A DNA stretch of 64,000 nt, from the NCBI RefSeq assembly GCF_004010195.1, contig NC_057711.1, positions 80,191,457-80,255,456 on the forward strand, given 5' to 3'. The stretch's first letter is position 1. Each line of letters begins with the position of its first letter. The DNA comes from Chiloscyllium plagiosum. Taxonomy: Eukaryota. The notes beneath the pieces are model-generated. The model made no database searches. It had not been told where the DNA came from and worked only from the letters and a program-made list of their open reading frames with translations. Position numbers and translations under genes: made by a program. This document shows, piece by piece, positions 1 through 12,100 of the stretch.

Positions 1-99
1 TCTGAATTTATTTGAACTAGAGTAGTTTTGTTTGATGGGTGAAAGTCATTCAACTTCTTCAGGCAAGGAACTTAAATAAAAACGTAACAACAAGGGATT

Positions 100-327
100 A
101 GTAATGATTGTAATGAGGTCATCCAAGTGCCTCATAGAATATGAGTTCCCTGATTGAGTCAGTTAACCTGTTCCAATTAGGGAGTCCTGGCTGACAAATA
201 TAGACATCAGTGTCAGAGGTTCTGCCCACTTTGAGAGCTGGCTCTGAGGAAGCCGGACCAGTGTCAAGTACTATGCACATGTAAATAAGTGGTGATTGAT
301 GATACTTGCCTCTGTGAAGTTATTTCA
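100..327 (+). repeat. 5' LTR
   Basis: Starts AGTAATGATTGTAATGAGGTC, aligning to 3' LTR start TGTAGTGATTTTAATGAGGTC; ends TTATTTCA; shares CTCTGAGGAAGCCG and CTATGCACATGTAAATAA with the 3' LTR. Confidence 0.88.
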
Positions 328-328
328 T

Positions 329-338
329 TGGCAACGAG
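329..338 (+). promoter_or_regulatory. Primer-binding site of the LTR element
   Basis: TGGCAACGAG begins 1 nt after the LTR-terminal CA; TGG start complements tRNA CCA. Confidence 0.75.
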
Positions 339-411
339 AGAAAAACATATGCTTTTGAAGAAATTTACCTGTATCAATCATCTTTGAATTGATGGAAGCA
401 TTTCTGGCATC

Positions 412-2520
412 ATGCCATTATTTGGGTAGCTTGACTTATTTGATTCTGCTGTTGAAGACTGGGCCCAGTATGCAGAAAGAATGCATTATCTTTCCGGACA
501 AATGAAAAGCAATGAGTAATTCTCCTGACATCTTGTGAACCTGTAGCTTGTTCGGTTATTAGAGACATAACTTTTCCTGAGGAACCAAATATAAAACCTT
601 TCAAGAGCTGATGGATTCAGTTAAGGAATATTATGATGCTAAACCTACTCGAATTCTGAGACATTATCAGTTTAACTCAACAGTTTGAGAACAGAAGGGA
701 AACTGTGCTCCAGGCATCCCAAGTAACTTACTTGGGCTACTTAGTTGACAAAACTGGGTTACAGCTGCTAGAAGATTAAGTGAGGGTGATCAAAGATGCC
801 TGGCTCCCATGTATGTACCAGAGTTTATGTCTTTCCTTGGACTGTGGAATTATTACGGGAAGTTTATTCATAACCTGGCCTCTATCCTGGCACTCTTACA
901 CCTGCTAATGAATAAGGGCTCGCCTTGGAAATGGACTTGTAGCCAAGACATAGACTTTAGGGGAGTGGAGAAATAGCTATCATTGACTAAGGTGGTGGTA
1001 CATTATAATTCCAAGAGAGATGGTGTTGACATGTGATGCTTCCTCATAAGGTATCAAGGTAGTGTTGGCTCACAGGTGGCCCAGTGGAGAGGAATGCCTC
1101 ATAGCATATGCTTCCTGGACTTTGGTTGATGCAGAGCGCAAATATGCCCAGGTAGAGAAGGAAGGTTTGGCAGTCATCTTAAGTGTGAGAACGTTCCACC
1201 AATACATTTATTGATGTTAATTTTCAATAGAAACAGACCTCAAACCCCTGCTAGGGCTACTCAAAGAGGGCAAAGGTGTGCCACCCATAACTTCAGCTTG
1301 AATTCAGTGGTGGGCTCTCATTCTAAGTGTGTACAATTAGAAGTTGGAACACTATTCAGGAGGCCAAGTAGCAAATGCAATGTATTGAGCCACATCCTGC
1401 TGGCAGATACACCACTGGTATTGCCACTGAAAGAGTCCATAATGGTTTTAAATTTCTGAACACCCTTCTGGCCACTGCTGACAATATCAGATGGCAGATG
1501 CAAAATAGATCTGGTCCTGGCAAAAGTAAAAGAGCTGATGTTGATGGGGGAAGCAAAATGGCCATCATAACCAGAATTAAAAACCTTTCTGGACCCGACA
1601 AGACCACATCACTGCACTAAATATGGAGCAAGCGTGATTGTCCCGAGCAAAGGTCAGCACCAGATACTGGCTGAACTCCACCAGGGTCATTCAGGCGTGT
1701 CCAAAAATGAATAAGTTGATGAGAGGTTATGTCTGGTGGTCAGGATTGGATGCAGACATATCTGCTTTGATGGGGCAGTGTCAAGAATGCTGATAAAGAT
1801 AAAACTTGCCATCAGCAGCTCCCCCGCATTTGTGGGAATAGCTTGGAAAACCCTGGATTCAGATACATGTCAACTATATAGGTCTTTTCATGGGATTAAT
1901 GTTCTTAGTCATTGTGGATGCCCACTCAAAATGGTTGGACATGAGAAAGTTCATTCATCAAACACAGGGGCAACAATAGAAAAGCTACAAACATCTATTG
2001 CAAAACACTGACTCCCAGAGGTGCTAGTCACACACAACAAGCCATCATTTACCAGCACAGATTTTGAATATTTCTGAAAGTCAAATGGCATTCAGCATCT
2101 AAGAACAGCTCCATACTATCCATTGCCCAATGGTCTGGCAGAAAAAGCAGCCTAACTTTGAAGGTAGAATTAAAGAAACAGCCTACAACTTCACTCAATA
2201 CCAAAATGTCTGTTCATGCAACTACAGGACAGCTCCAGCAGAGTTGCTAATGGGAAGAAAACTCTGCACCAGGTTAAATCTGAGCTTCCTGGACCTGGGA
2301 GTGCAGGTGAAACAGAATCAGGAATGCCAATACCGGACACAAGACTCCACTAAGTGAGAGAGACAGTTTTACTTCAGGGGATGAAGTTTGGTGCTGAAAC
2401 CACAGAAATGGCTCTGCATATGTAACAGGCACAGTCAATGTGACATCTGGCCCTGTGATGTAGTTGGGTAGATGAGGAGATCCTGAAGAAAAAAATGGAT
2501 CACATGAAAGCTGCAATAGT
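412..2520 (+). pseudogene. Disrupted gag-pol lacking protease and most of RT
   Basis: Gag-like start MPLFG..FDSAVEDWAQYAER; jumps at about 700 to RT end (VTYLGY, SFLGL.NYYGKFI); RNase H (LTCDAS, ERKYAQVEKEGLAV); integrase Zn finger (ILAELHQGHSG, WWSGLDADI) and core (TAPYYP..NGLAE, TAPAELLMGRKL). Many stops and frameshifts. Confidence 0.88.
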
Positions 2521-2804
2521 AAAACATGCCTGACTCCTCTGAACAGCATGAAAGGTTGTCAGAGCCTATGGCCTCTCCCCCTCTATCTAGTGTTGAAGAA
2601 AGCTAGGTGTCTGAGATGGACACAGCAGATATTGCAACCTCAACACCTTACCACCTGGAGAAGAGGATGAATCTTTTCCAAAATGCCCCGGGCAAAAGAA
2701 GCAGACTACTCATATCTGAAGCTGAATCAGAGGAATTGGACCCAGTGTGAACATGCCCCAGGATAGACTAAGAGAAAAAGAATACAATTATGTTGCTGGA
2801 CTTT

Positions 2805-2815
2805 GAAGGGAGAAA
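2805..2815 (+). promoter_or_regulatory. Polypurine tract
   Basis: GAAGGGAGAAA directly precedes the TG start of the 3' LTR at 2816. Confidence 0.75.
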
Positions 2816-3810
2816 TGTAGTGATTTTAATGAGGTCATAGAATATGAGCTCCCTGATTGGAGTTGTTAATCTGGTCCAATCAAGGAGCCCTGTCTGAGAG
2901 ATATAAACAGGAATGTAGGGCAGCGGTAGACGTCCAGTACGTGGCCACCGCCATCCGACGCCTTAAAACGGCGGTGCTCGGACCTGACGTAGTGCACCAG
3001 TTGGAGGACGCTCAAGTGTGCGGTGGGATCCCGTCCGCGCTCACCCCAGCCCGGACGGAATTTCACATTGGCCCAAGGTCCCGTACTTCCCTCGGGAGCC
3101 TGTGCCCCACAACCTGAGCCGCCTCCGAAATTTTAATTTTGTGTCATTTAGGGATATAAAAAGGATGACCCTGTATAGACTGCTGCTGCACACCGTCCAC
3201 CTCTTCTCCCTCATCCACCGTCCGGACACGCCTTGGCGTGCCCATTTGCCACCGGGCGGTGGGGATCCCCAGTGGAGGGTTCTCTACGCGGGAGTCCTCC
3301 CACGGAGGAGGGAGGGCAGGTCTGAAGACCTCCTCGTGGGTCTGCTCCTGGGCCTGGCCAAACTGGCCATAAATAGGTCCAGGCAGCGGGCCGTGGAGGG
3401 GGTCGTTAGGGCCGACTGCCTGCCCCTCTTCCGCGGCTATGTTAGGGCCTGGGTGTCCTTGGAGAAGGAGCACGCGGTGTCGACCAACACCCTGGAGTTG
3501 TTCAGGGAGAGGTGGGCGCCGCAGGGTGTGGAGTGCATCATTTCTCCCTCCAACTCTATTTTGATTTAGTCCCTACCCTCCCCTTCACTGTTTTTGATCA
3601 CACAGCACTGTCCTTTGATGTGAAGGGCAGTGCTTGTCACTGGCCACCCGGGTGTTTTCCTATCTTCCTCAAAAAAAAATAAAAAAAAAATAAACAGGAA
3701 TGTCAAAGGTTCTGTCTACTCTGAGAGCGGACTCTGAGGAAGCCGAACTATGCACATGTAAATAAAGAGTGACTTGATGATTGGATGCTGATCTCTGAAG
3801 ACTTATTTTA
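2816..3810 (+). repeat. 3' LTR, split by a LINE insertion (2816-2916 plus 3690-3810)
   Basis: The two halves align in order to the 5' LTR once 2917-3689 and one TSD copy are removed. Confidence 0.88.
2917..3689 (+). mobile_element. 5'-truncated Tx1/L1-clade LINE (ORF2 C-terminus, 3' UTR, poly-A)
   Basis: GC- and CpG-rich; ORF 3018-3569 ends LLLGLAKLAINRSRQ...LFRGYVRAWVSLE...FRERWA, a Tx1-like C-terminus; A-rich tail 3671-3690; TSD ATAAACAGGAATGT at 2903-2916 and 3690-3703. Confidence 0.88.
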
Positions 3811-4487
3811 GGATTCATTTTAAAGCCATTTACTGGGTCAGTTTTGATATATTAGGTATTTTAGAATTTTTAAATGGGAGTCAATGTAAATTACTTACTA
3901 GTTCTCTTGTGAAAATGACAGTCATTCACAGTAGGTAATTTAAAAACTCTTGTTCATTCTTTGCAACCACAATGAGAAAATTTTAATTTCTTAATACAGA
4001 CAACAGAGGTTTTAAAAATTCAACAGTCTGAAACACAACTTCAATATCTCTTCATAAATCGAATAGCTACACTAATCGGAATAGTTGGATCCATCAGGTC
4101 TTTGCAACACAGAGTTTGGGCAAGAAATGGTAGGTGTCCTTTACTTTAAGCTTACCTTAGCACTAAGCCCCCTTCCAAATAGAATCCTTCTGATCAATTC
4201 ATTCCTGTCTCATTTGCTCTCTCACTCCTCTTCCAAACTGCAGCTTCCTCCTCTCCTCCACCAATGTCTGACCTTCCCTCTCCCACACCATGTTCAAACT
4301 TACCCCTGCTCTGATGCCCATTTGCTTTTCCCTTCCACTGTCCTCAATGTGGTTGATTGTGACTGGGAAATTCATTATGAAAAACTGCTGGTCTTCTGGG
4401 AAGTAAAAATGCCTATAAATGCCATTGTATTATTTTAACAATGTACAATAGTAGAATCAATACAATTTGATATATTATTGCTCTTTC

Positions 4488-6080
4488 AGGGATTTGGACA
4501 TTGCTTGTTGGGTTTATCGTTCATCCCTAATTGTCAATGAGAAGTTAGTCATGAGCTGCCTCCTTGAACTGCTACAGTGTATTAGCTGTAGTACACTCAT
4601 AATGTTGTCAAGAAGAGAGTTTCAGAATTTTGACACAGTTATGCAGAAGAAAGTGTGGCATTTTTCCACATCTGGATGGTGAATGGCTTGGAGGGGAACT
4701 TGCAGGTGGTGGCATTCCCATGCATCTGCTGACCTTGTCCTTCTATATGGTAGTGGTCTTGTGTTTGAAAGATGCTGTTCAAGGAACTTTGGTGAACTTC
4801 TACAATGCACCTTGTGAATGATACACTGCTGCAGTTGTACATCATTGGTGAAGGGAGTAATTGTTTATGCATGTGGTGCTAATCAAGGGGGATGTTTTAT
4901 CCTGGATGGTGTCGTGTTTCTTGAGTGTGTTTTTGGACGTGTATTCAGCTAGGCAACTGGGGAGTATTCCATTACACTTCTTGGAGATGATGGATAGGCT
5001 CTGGGGAGACAGACGGTGAGTTTCTTGCTGCCATTCTCATAGCTACTGTATTATGTGGCGGGGTTCAGTTGAGTTTCTGGTCAATGGTGACCCCCAGGAT
5101 GATGATAGTGGGGAACTCAATGATGGAAATATCATTGAGGAAGTAGTTAGATTGGCTCATTTTGGAGATGTCCATTGACTGGCATTCGTGCAGTGAAAAT
5201 GTTACTGGCCACTTATCATTTAAGCCTAGATATTGTCCAAGTGTTGCTGCATTTGAACATGGACTGCTCCAATATTTGAGGAGTCATGAATGCTGCTGAA
5301 CATTGTGCAATCTTCAGTGCACATCTTCATTTCTGAATCTCTGATGGAGGGAAGGTCATTGATGAAGCAGTTGAACTTGGTTGGGCCTAGGACATTATCC
5401 TGAGGAACTCCTACAGAGATGTCCTGGAGCTTAGATGACTGACCTCTAACAACCAAAACTATCTACCCATGTGAAAGGTATGATCACAACCAGTGGAGAG
5501 TTTTTTCTGTTGATTGACACTGACTCAAATTTTCCAAAGGTTCCTTGATGCCACACTCGGTTGAGTGTAGCCTTGATGTGAAGGGCTGCCACTCGCATCT
5601 CACATCTGGAATTCAGTTCTTTTCTTCATGTTTGAGCCAAGGCTGTGATGAGGTCAGGAGCTGAGTGGATCAGGCAGAACCCAAATGTGGTGTAACTGAG
5701 CAGGTTATTGCTGAGCATGTGCAGTTTGATTGCACTGTTGATGACATCTTCCCTCGCTTTACTGATGATTGAGAGTAGCCTGATGGGGCAGGTTGGATTT
5801 GTCCTGTTTTTATGTACAATTTTGCACATTGTCAGAGAGAAGTCAATGATTTAGCTATTCTGGAACAGCTTGACTAGTGGTAAGTTCTGAAGAACAAGTC
5901 TTTAATATAATTGCCAGAAAGTTGTCAGGACCCATAACCTTTGTAGCATCCAGTATCTTTAGCTATTTCTTGACATCATTTTGAGTGGATTGAATTGGCT
6001 GAAGACTGGAATCTGAGTTAGTGGGGACCACTGGAGGAAGTTGTGATGGATCATCCAATCATCACTTCTGACTGACAATT
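4488..6080 (-). mobile_element. Decayed CR1-group LINE (RT domain and 3' end), family distinct from HER1
   Basis: Minus ORFs 5626-5829 (PIRLLSIISK..FGF..HSAPDLITAL) and 5226-5456 (GVPQDNVLGP..FINDLP); upstream KVMGPDN motif near 5920. Confidence 0.82.
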
Positions 6081-6689
6081 GGATGCAAATCTCAGTTAAA
6101 TCCTGCCTCTTCCACAGACTGATCCCTTTCACTTCACTTTTATTATCATGGCCAATTATCTAATTTTATCCCTCTGCAACCAATTAAAACCAGATCCACA
6201 GGCAGTTAAAATATTGGTAATGTGATCTTCATGGGCCTGATTTAGATTCCAATGTTGACATCTGATGATATTATTCAGAGTTGGACCGATTGGCGCCTGC
6301 TGTTATCCTTCTCACTAAATCCAGCACCACAAAGCTATGCAAGCCAATAAGAGGTAAGTTCATTCATTTAAAAAGGTTTCATAGGGACAAAAGGAGCAGG
6401 AGGGAATGTAATACCCTTGATGAAGTTCACACAGCTGAAGTGCCTCATGTTCTCCTCTGTATTCTGACATTCCATTTATCTTTTTGTCCCTGTGCACTAG
6501 CTTTAAGTTACTTATTTGCAACAAAATCACATTTAAGTCATTTTGTTTCTTCATAGCTCCGCATGTTTCTCTTTAAAGAAAATACTACTATTTTTCTTTC
6601 TCAGAACCCTATCTTCCCACATAGAACTCAATTTCGCAGAGTTTTATCACAGTCTTCTGCAAGCTTGTAAATATAACTCTATATTCTGT

Positions 6690-7735
6690 TATATAAGAAC
6701 ATACAAACATACAAATAAGGAACAAGAGGAGGCCACACAGCCCCTGCTCTGCCATTCAATAAGATCATGACTGATCTGATTTGAATCTCAACTCTAAATT
6801 CCTGCATATCATTGAAACTTTTCATTTCCTTGTTAATTAGGAATCTGACTAACTCTAGCTTAAACAAAATTTGAATATTATAGAATCCCTACAGTATGGA
6901 AGCAGGCCATTCAGTCCATTGAATCTGCAATGACCTGCTGAGGAGAATCCCACCCAAGCCCATGTAACACTGCATTTCCCATGACTGATCCACATAAACA
7001 CTATGGGCAATTTAGCAGGGCCAATCCACCTAACCCGCACATCTTTGAACTGTGGGAGGAAACCCATACAGATAAGGGGAGAACATGCAAACTCCACACA
7101 GATAGTCACCCAAGGCTGGAATCAAACCAGGGCTTGGTGCTGTGAGGCAGCTATGCTAACCACTGAGCCACCATGCCATTCTGCAACCTGAATACCTTTT
7201 GAGGAATGGTATTCCAAAGACTCATAACTCTTTAAGAGAAAATAATGTTTGCTCATTTGTGTTTTAAATGCTCACACACTTATTTTTAAACAATGGCTCC
7301 TGGTTCTAAATTCACCAACATGGGGTAGCATGCTTTCAATATCCACACGTTCAAGTTCCCTTGGGATCCTATATGTTTCAATTAAGTCATCCTAACTCTT
7401 CTAAACTTCAAAGGATACAAACCTAGCCTGTCTAGCATTTCCTCATAAGGCTATCTGTGCATTCCAGATATTAGTCCAGTAAACTTTCTCTGAACTGTTT
7501 CTAAAAAATTAACATCCTGCCATAAGTATGGTGACCGGTTCTGTACACAGTTACTCCAGATGTGGTCTTACAAATGCCCTACATAACTGAAGCATGCCTT
7601 CCTACTCTCGCATTGAATTCCCCTTGGAGTAGAATAAAACATTCTATTAGCTTTCCTGATTACCTGCATACTTGTCTTTTGCAATGCATGCAGTAGAACA
7701 CCCAGATTTCTCCACATCTTCGAGCTCTGCAAACT
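6690..7735 (-). mobile_element. Old CR1 LINE 3' fragment interrupted by a SINE
   Basis: CR1-type 3' tail (AGAACATAC..GAGGCCA..CAGCCC) at the left; reverse complement of RT C-terminal sequence (VRPHLE.CVQ.WSP-like) near 7520-7580. Confidence 0.72.
6879..7177 (-). mobile_element. HE1-type tRNA-derived SINE
   Basis: Reverse complement starts GGCATGGTGGCTCAGTGGTTAGCA (A box), has the TTTGCATGTTCTCCCC core and a CTGTAGGGATTCTA tail; homologous to 9576-9895. Confidence 0.88.
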
Positions 7736-8854
7736 GATTCATCAATCTGAATAATGTAGACATAGCCCTCCTCACCATTCCAGTGATCACTATTTAAAAA
7801 ATGTTGAAGACAGCATTATTTAGGCATTTATGAAACTCCTTCAAAACTTCAAACTTAGCCCATATTCCTCCAGACATTTCTTATTCGCGTACTTATCCAA
7901 ATGTCTTTTAAACACTGCAACTGTACCACATCCACCACTTCATCTGAAAGTTGATTCCACACATGAACCACTCTCCATATAAAACAAATTGCCCCCATGT
8001 CTTTTTAAAATCTTTCTCCTCTCACCTTAAAATTATGCCCCCTGGTCTTGAAATCCCCATCCCTAGGGAAACGGGACCTGCCATTCACCTTATCTATACC
8101 CCTCATGATTCTATAAGCCTCTATAAAATGACTCCTCGACTTTCTACATTTCAGTGAAAATGTCCCAACCTATCCAGCCTCTTCTTATAATCCATATCTT
8201 TCATTCCCAGTAACATCCAGATAAATGTCTTCTGAACCCTCTCCAGCTTAATAATATACTCCCTGTAACATGGTGACCAGAACTAAACAGAGTACATCAG
8301 AAGAAGACTCACTAATGTCCTGCACAACCTCAACACAATGTCTCAACTCCTATACTCAAGGATCTGATCAATGAAGACAAACATGATGAATGCCTTCTTA
8401 GCCACCCTGTCTATATGTGCTGCAACCTTCCAAGAATTATGCATCTGATCTCTTATGTCTCTCTGTCCTAAAACCCAAGGCCATGCTTTTGATTGTACAA
8501 GACCTGCCTTTGTTTGTTTTACCAAAATTCAATACCTCGCATGTATGCAAATTAACTCCATCTGCCATTCTTTGGCCCATTGACCCAATTGATCAAGATC
8601 ATTCTGTAATCTTACATAACCTTCTTCACTGTCAACAATACTACCAATTTTGCCATCGTCTGCAAAATTACTAACCATGCATCTTAAGGTCTCATCCAAA
8701 TTGTTTATATAAATGACACAAAAAAGTGGCCCTAGAACCGAACTCTGTGGAATTCTGGTGGTCACTGGCTTCCATTCTAAAAATAGAACCCTCCACCACC
8801 AGCCTCTGTCTCTTACCGTCAAGCCAATTTTACACCCAAATGGCAAGCTCTCCT

Positions 8855-9072
8855 TTAGATTAGATTAGATTACAGTGTGGAAACAGGCCCTTCGGCCCAA
8901 CAAGTCCACACCGACCCGCCGAAGCGAAACCCACCCCTACCCCTACATTTACCCCTTACCTAACACTACAGGCAATTTTTTAGTATGGCCAATTCACCTG
9001 ACCCTGCACATCTTTGGATGGTGGGAGGAAACCGGAGCACCCGGAGGAAACCCACGCAGACACGGGGAGAAC
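8855..9072 (-). mobile_element. 5'-truncated HE1-type SINE
   Basis: (TTAGA)n tail then CAGTGTGGAAACAGGCCCTTCGGCCC; CpG-rich, so probably young. Confidence 0.88.
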
Positions 9073-9172
9073 AATGTCATCTAACTTTACTAAGTAGTTT
9101 ACCATGTGGAACCTTGTCAATGGTTTTAATAGGCAATGTCTACTGCTTTGCCCTCATCAGACTTTTGGTTAA

Positions 9173-9366
9173 TGAAGTAACTCCACAAAGGCTGGTATCC
9201 TGTCACCAAGTCACTCTTTATTTAGATGTGCATAATAAATTACACTGACCTCACTAGCTCAGTTTATTCCTGTTACCCAGGGCTCCCTGATTGGCCCAGG
9301 TCAACCCCAATCAGGGATCTCATACTCAATGAGATTCACCTGGCCAACTTCATTCCAATCACGATG
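9173..9366 (-). repeat. Solo LTR related to the element at 100-3810
   Basis: Reverse complement contains TATGAGATCCCTGATTGG, CCAATCAGGGAGCCCTG, ATGCACATCTAAATAAAGAGTGACTTG and ends TTACTTCA; flanks GTTAA/GTTAT (4 of 5 match). Confidence 0.85.
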
Positions 9367-9575
9367 GTTATGTCATCAAAAAACGCAATCAAGTTTGTGA
9401 GACATAATTTCTTTTCGACAAAGCCATGCTGTCATCCCTAATCAGTCCTTACTTCTCCAAATGCTTGTAAATCTTATCTCTCAGTATTTCCTCTAACAAT
9501 TAACCACCACTGATGTCAGACTGACTGGTTTATAGTTCTCAGGCTTCCCCTTTTTTAAGTAAAAGTCCAATATTA

Positions 9576-9895
9576 GGGCGGCATTGTGGCTCAGTGGTTA
9601 GCACTACAGCCTCACAGTGCCAGGGACCCGGGTTCAATTCCCGCCTCAGGCAACTGTATGTGTGGAGTTTGCACATTCTCCCCGTGTCTGCATGGGTTTG
9701 CTCCGGTTTCCTCCCACAGTCCAAAGATGTGCAGGTTAGGTGAATTGGCCGTGCTAAATTGCCCGTAGTGTTAGGTGAAGGGGTAAATGTAGGGGAATGG
9801 GTCTGGGTGGGTTGCTCTTTGGAGGTGTCGGTGTAGACTGGTTGGGCCGAAAGGCCTGTTTCTACACTGTAGGGAACCTAATCTAAATCTAAAAA
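9576..9895 (+). mobile_element. Full-length HE1-type SINE
   Basis: A box TGGCTCAGTGG (9587), B box GGTTCAATTCC (9631), conserved core, CTAAT-repeat tail. Confidence 0.92.
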
Positions 9896-9939
9896 TGTTC
9901 ATTTAGCATCTCCCCTCAATTTAACCCCTGAAGTCCAGG

Positions 9940-10500
9940 TATCATTTGTGTAAACCGATGATGTTACTCTCTCCAAAGCTAATATCTCCTTCCCAAGGTG
10001 GGACACTCAGATATGCTCACAGTAGTCTTGGTGAGAAGATTTAATTTTCTTATCATCCCAGAAAATATCCTTAGAACCAGAAACAGAGATTGCGCCAAGC
10101 ATGGAATAACCCTCAAAGATTATGACTGAGGAAACAATCATTTTGATTTCAGTCATACTATAATCATAAGAGTGAATGGAAGTATTAATGTTTGAATACA
10201 AGTTTGAAGAAGAGTCTCCACACTTCAGTCCAGCTTTACCTGCAGAATGCGAATACAAATTTGCTCACACAGAATGAGGATTGGTACGTACAACCCCATG
10301 GGAACGTCCACTGAGTCAGCACAACCAATATCTACAGATTCAGGACATGGTCAAGAAAAAAGAATGTTTGGTTCAGGGATTCAAGATTGTTACACAAAGT
10401 GAAAACTGCCTGGTCCAGAGGTCCGTGATATTATGAGAAAGCAACAGTCTTCCATAAAGGATGCTCTTGAGCTGAAATATCTTCCAGATTAAAAAGATTT
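9940..10500 (+). pseudogene. Possible very old L1/Tx1-type ORF2 relic
   Basis: Scattered motifs in expected order (TDDVTL about 9955, ISVIL, ANT, SIKDAL about 10451), much compressed and full of stops. Confidence 0.25.
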
Positions 10501-11903
10501 TCTGACTTCACAATCTCAGGAAAGGAATTAAAGTCATCAGTCTTTAAACAAGACAGTAATCAGTCTTTTAAATCTGAAAAGAATGTGTTTGTGAGAATTG
10601 CAAAGTTAACAGGAATATGACCCCTTGTTCTGGATTCTCCAACAAAAAGGACTTCAAATGGTGAGGTTTCTGATTTACAAAATTAAAGGATCTCCATTTG
10701 GCTGTCAAGCCATCCTTCATTGGAGAGTGAGCATGTCCTCTGGTCATGAATTGGGCTGACACGGCCAAGTCAGATCAGAGGACTATTTCTGGCAGGATGT
10801 GGTTTGAATAGCATAAAACTTTATCCTGACCACAGGAAGAAATTTCAACCCAATTATGCAAACAATTAATTACTTCATTAAATCATGCATCAGCAACTTA
10901 CTTACTGTGTTTTATTGTTTCTGGATTTTAAAGCTGTGAATTCAGTCAACTCTTCCAGCCAGAAGGCTGTGCTGATGCAGTTGTTGGCGTATTCCTGGCA
11001 ATTCCAGTTAATGTAGGATTCTGTGGCCTCCTTGTATACACAGTCCATAGTCTGCTGCCAGGTTTCTACAAATTGACATAAAGTTTTGTGGCAAATCTTG
11101 CACTTGTAGATTTTAACAGTTAATGAAGCGTGAGTTATAGGAAATTAAATTCATACTTGAAACAGTTGTGGTTACCTATGCAAGATCTGTAATTTGTCAC
11201 ACGCATGATGTATTTCACATGCAAAAAGATGATGAAGAAAAATGATTTTGCAACCAGAATTTTCTGATGTCATTAAACTGTCAGTTCACTTGTAAGGCAA
11301 ATCTGTCGAAATCTCTAAACAAGTTTTTGAGTCCAGTCAATTTATTCACATACCAAGACACCTCTAGACAGTGTGTATCACTCAAAACTACTGAAAAAAG
11401 ATCTGCACCTGATATAATGACTTAACAAAGTCCCTAGGGCCTGATAGGCCTCATGTAAATGCTGTCAAGGAAATGTAATGAACTGTTCAATGTTTCTATC
11501 TCGAAAGTTTCCATGACTATTCATCAAAGTGCATCAAACAAGCAGCAGAAAAGCCCAATCAGAAATTAAGGTTTTATACAAGACACATCTTGTCATGCAC
11601 ACGTACTCACTTAAGAGGGTGTATAAACCTAGACTTATGACATCAGTGCCCCAAATGGCTGTATGCCTCTGTGGAGGCATTGGGAAGAAAAGTCAATGAC
11701 TAGGTGAAGACCTGCAACACCCTTAAACTAAGAAAATAGGTTTGATTTAATACTCCAGTCGGAAGAAAGTGCTTTTCCCCACATTAGCGGGATGGATTAA
11801 CACTACTACAGTTGCTTCATGGAGGAGAGTAGTACAATTTCTATCCTTATCAATGGAAGCAAACAGAAACTAAAGCCATCTAGTTTAATCACTTTACCGA
11901 AGT

Positions 11904-12100
11904 AAAGTGCTGTGAATGCTGGGAAACTAACATAAAACAATAAATGCTGTAAATGCTTTAGCCAGTGAGGCAACATCTATGGAGAGAAATAGAGTCATCA
12001 TTACACATCAATGATCTTTCATCAGAACTTCTCTGATGAATGATCATTGACTTGAAACATTAACTTATTCTCTCCACAGGTTCTGCCTGACCGACAGATT
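11904..12100. repeat. Old Penelope-derived fold-back repeat
   Basis: GGCAACATCTATGGAGAGAAATAGAG...TTCATCAGA / TCTGATGAA...TTCTCTCCACAGGTTCTGCC: imperfect inverted arms centred near 12028. Confidence 0.7.

Larger units (their letters stand above)
100..3810 (+). mobile_element. Internally deleted, decayed Ty3/Gypsy (Mag-like) LTR retrotransposon
   Basis: Two alignable LTRs (100-327; 2816-3810, interrupted). Identical 5-bp flanks GGATT at 95-99 and 3811-3815. PBS-like TGGCAACGAG after the 5' LTR and purine tract before the 3' LTR. Gag, RT-connection, RNase H and integrase motifs lie between. Confidence 0.92.
7870..9575 (-). mobile_element. CR1/HER1-like LINE RT fragment with nested SINE and solo LTR
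   Basis: ORF 8529-8846: IPQSSVLGPLFCVIYINNLD..FADDGKIG..LQNDLDQLGQWAKEWQME; ORF 8343-8525 continues it; reverse-complement QHGF motif near 9420. Confidence 0.9.

Noticed and set aside
4000..6353. Plus-strand exon-like frames 4000-4129 and 6279-6353 (phase-compatible, AG/GT bounded)
   Set aside because: The joined peptide is unrecognisable, the second acceptor is weak, and no further plus-strand exons support a gene.
9576..9650. tRNA-like A and B boxes
   Set aside because: They are the head of an HE1-type SINE with core and tail, not a tRNA gene.
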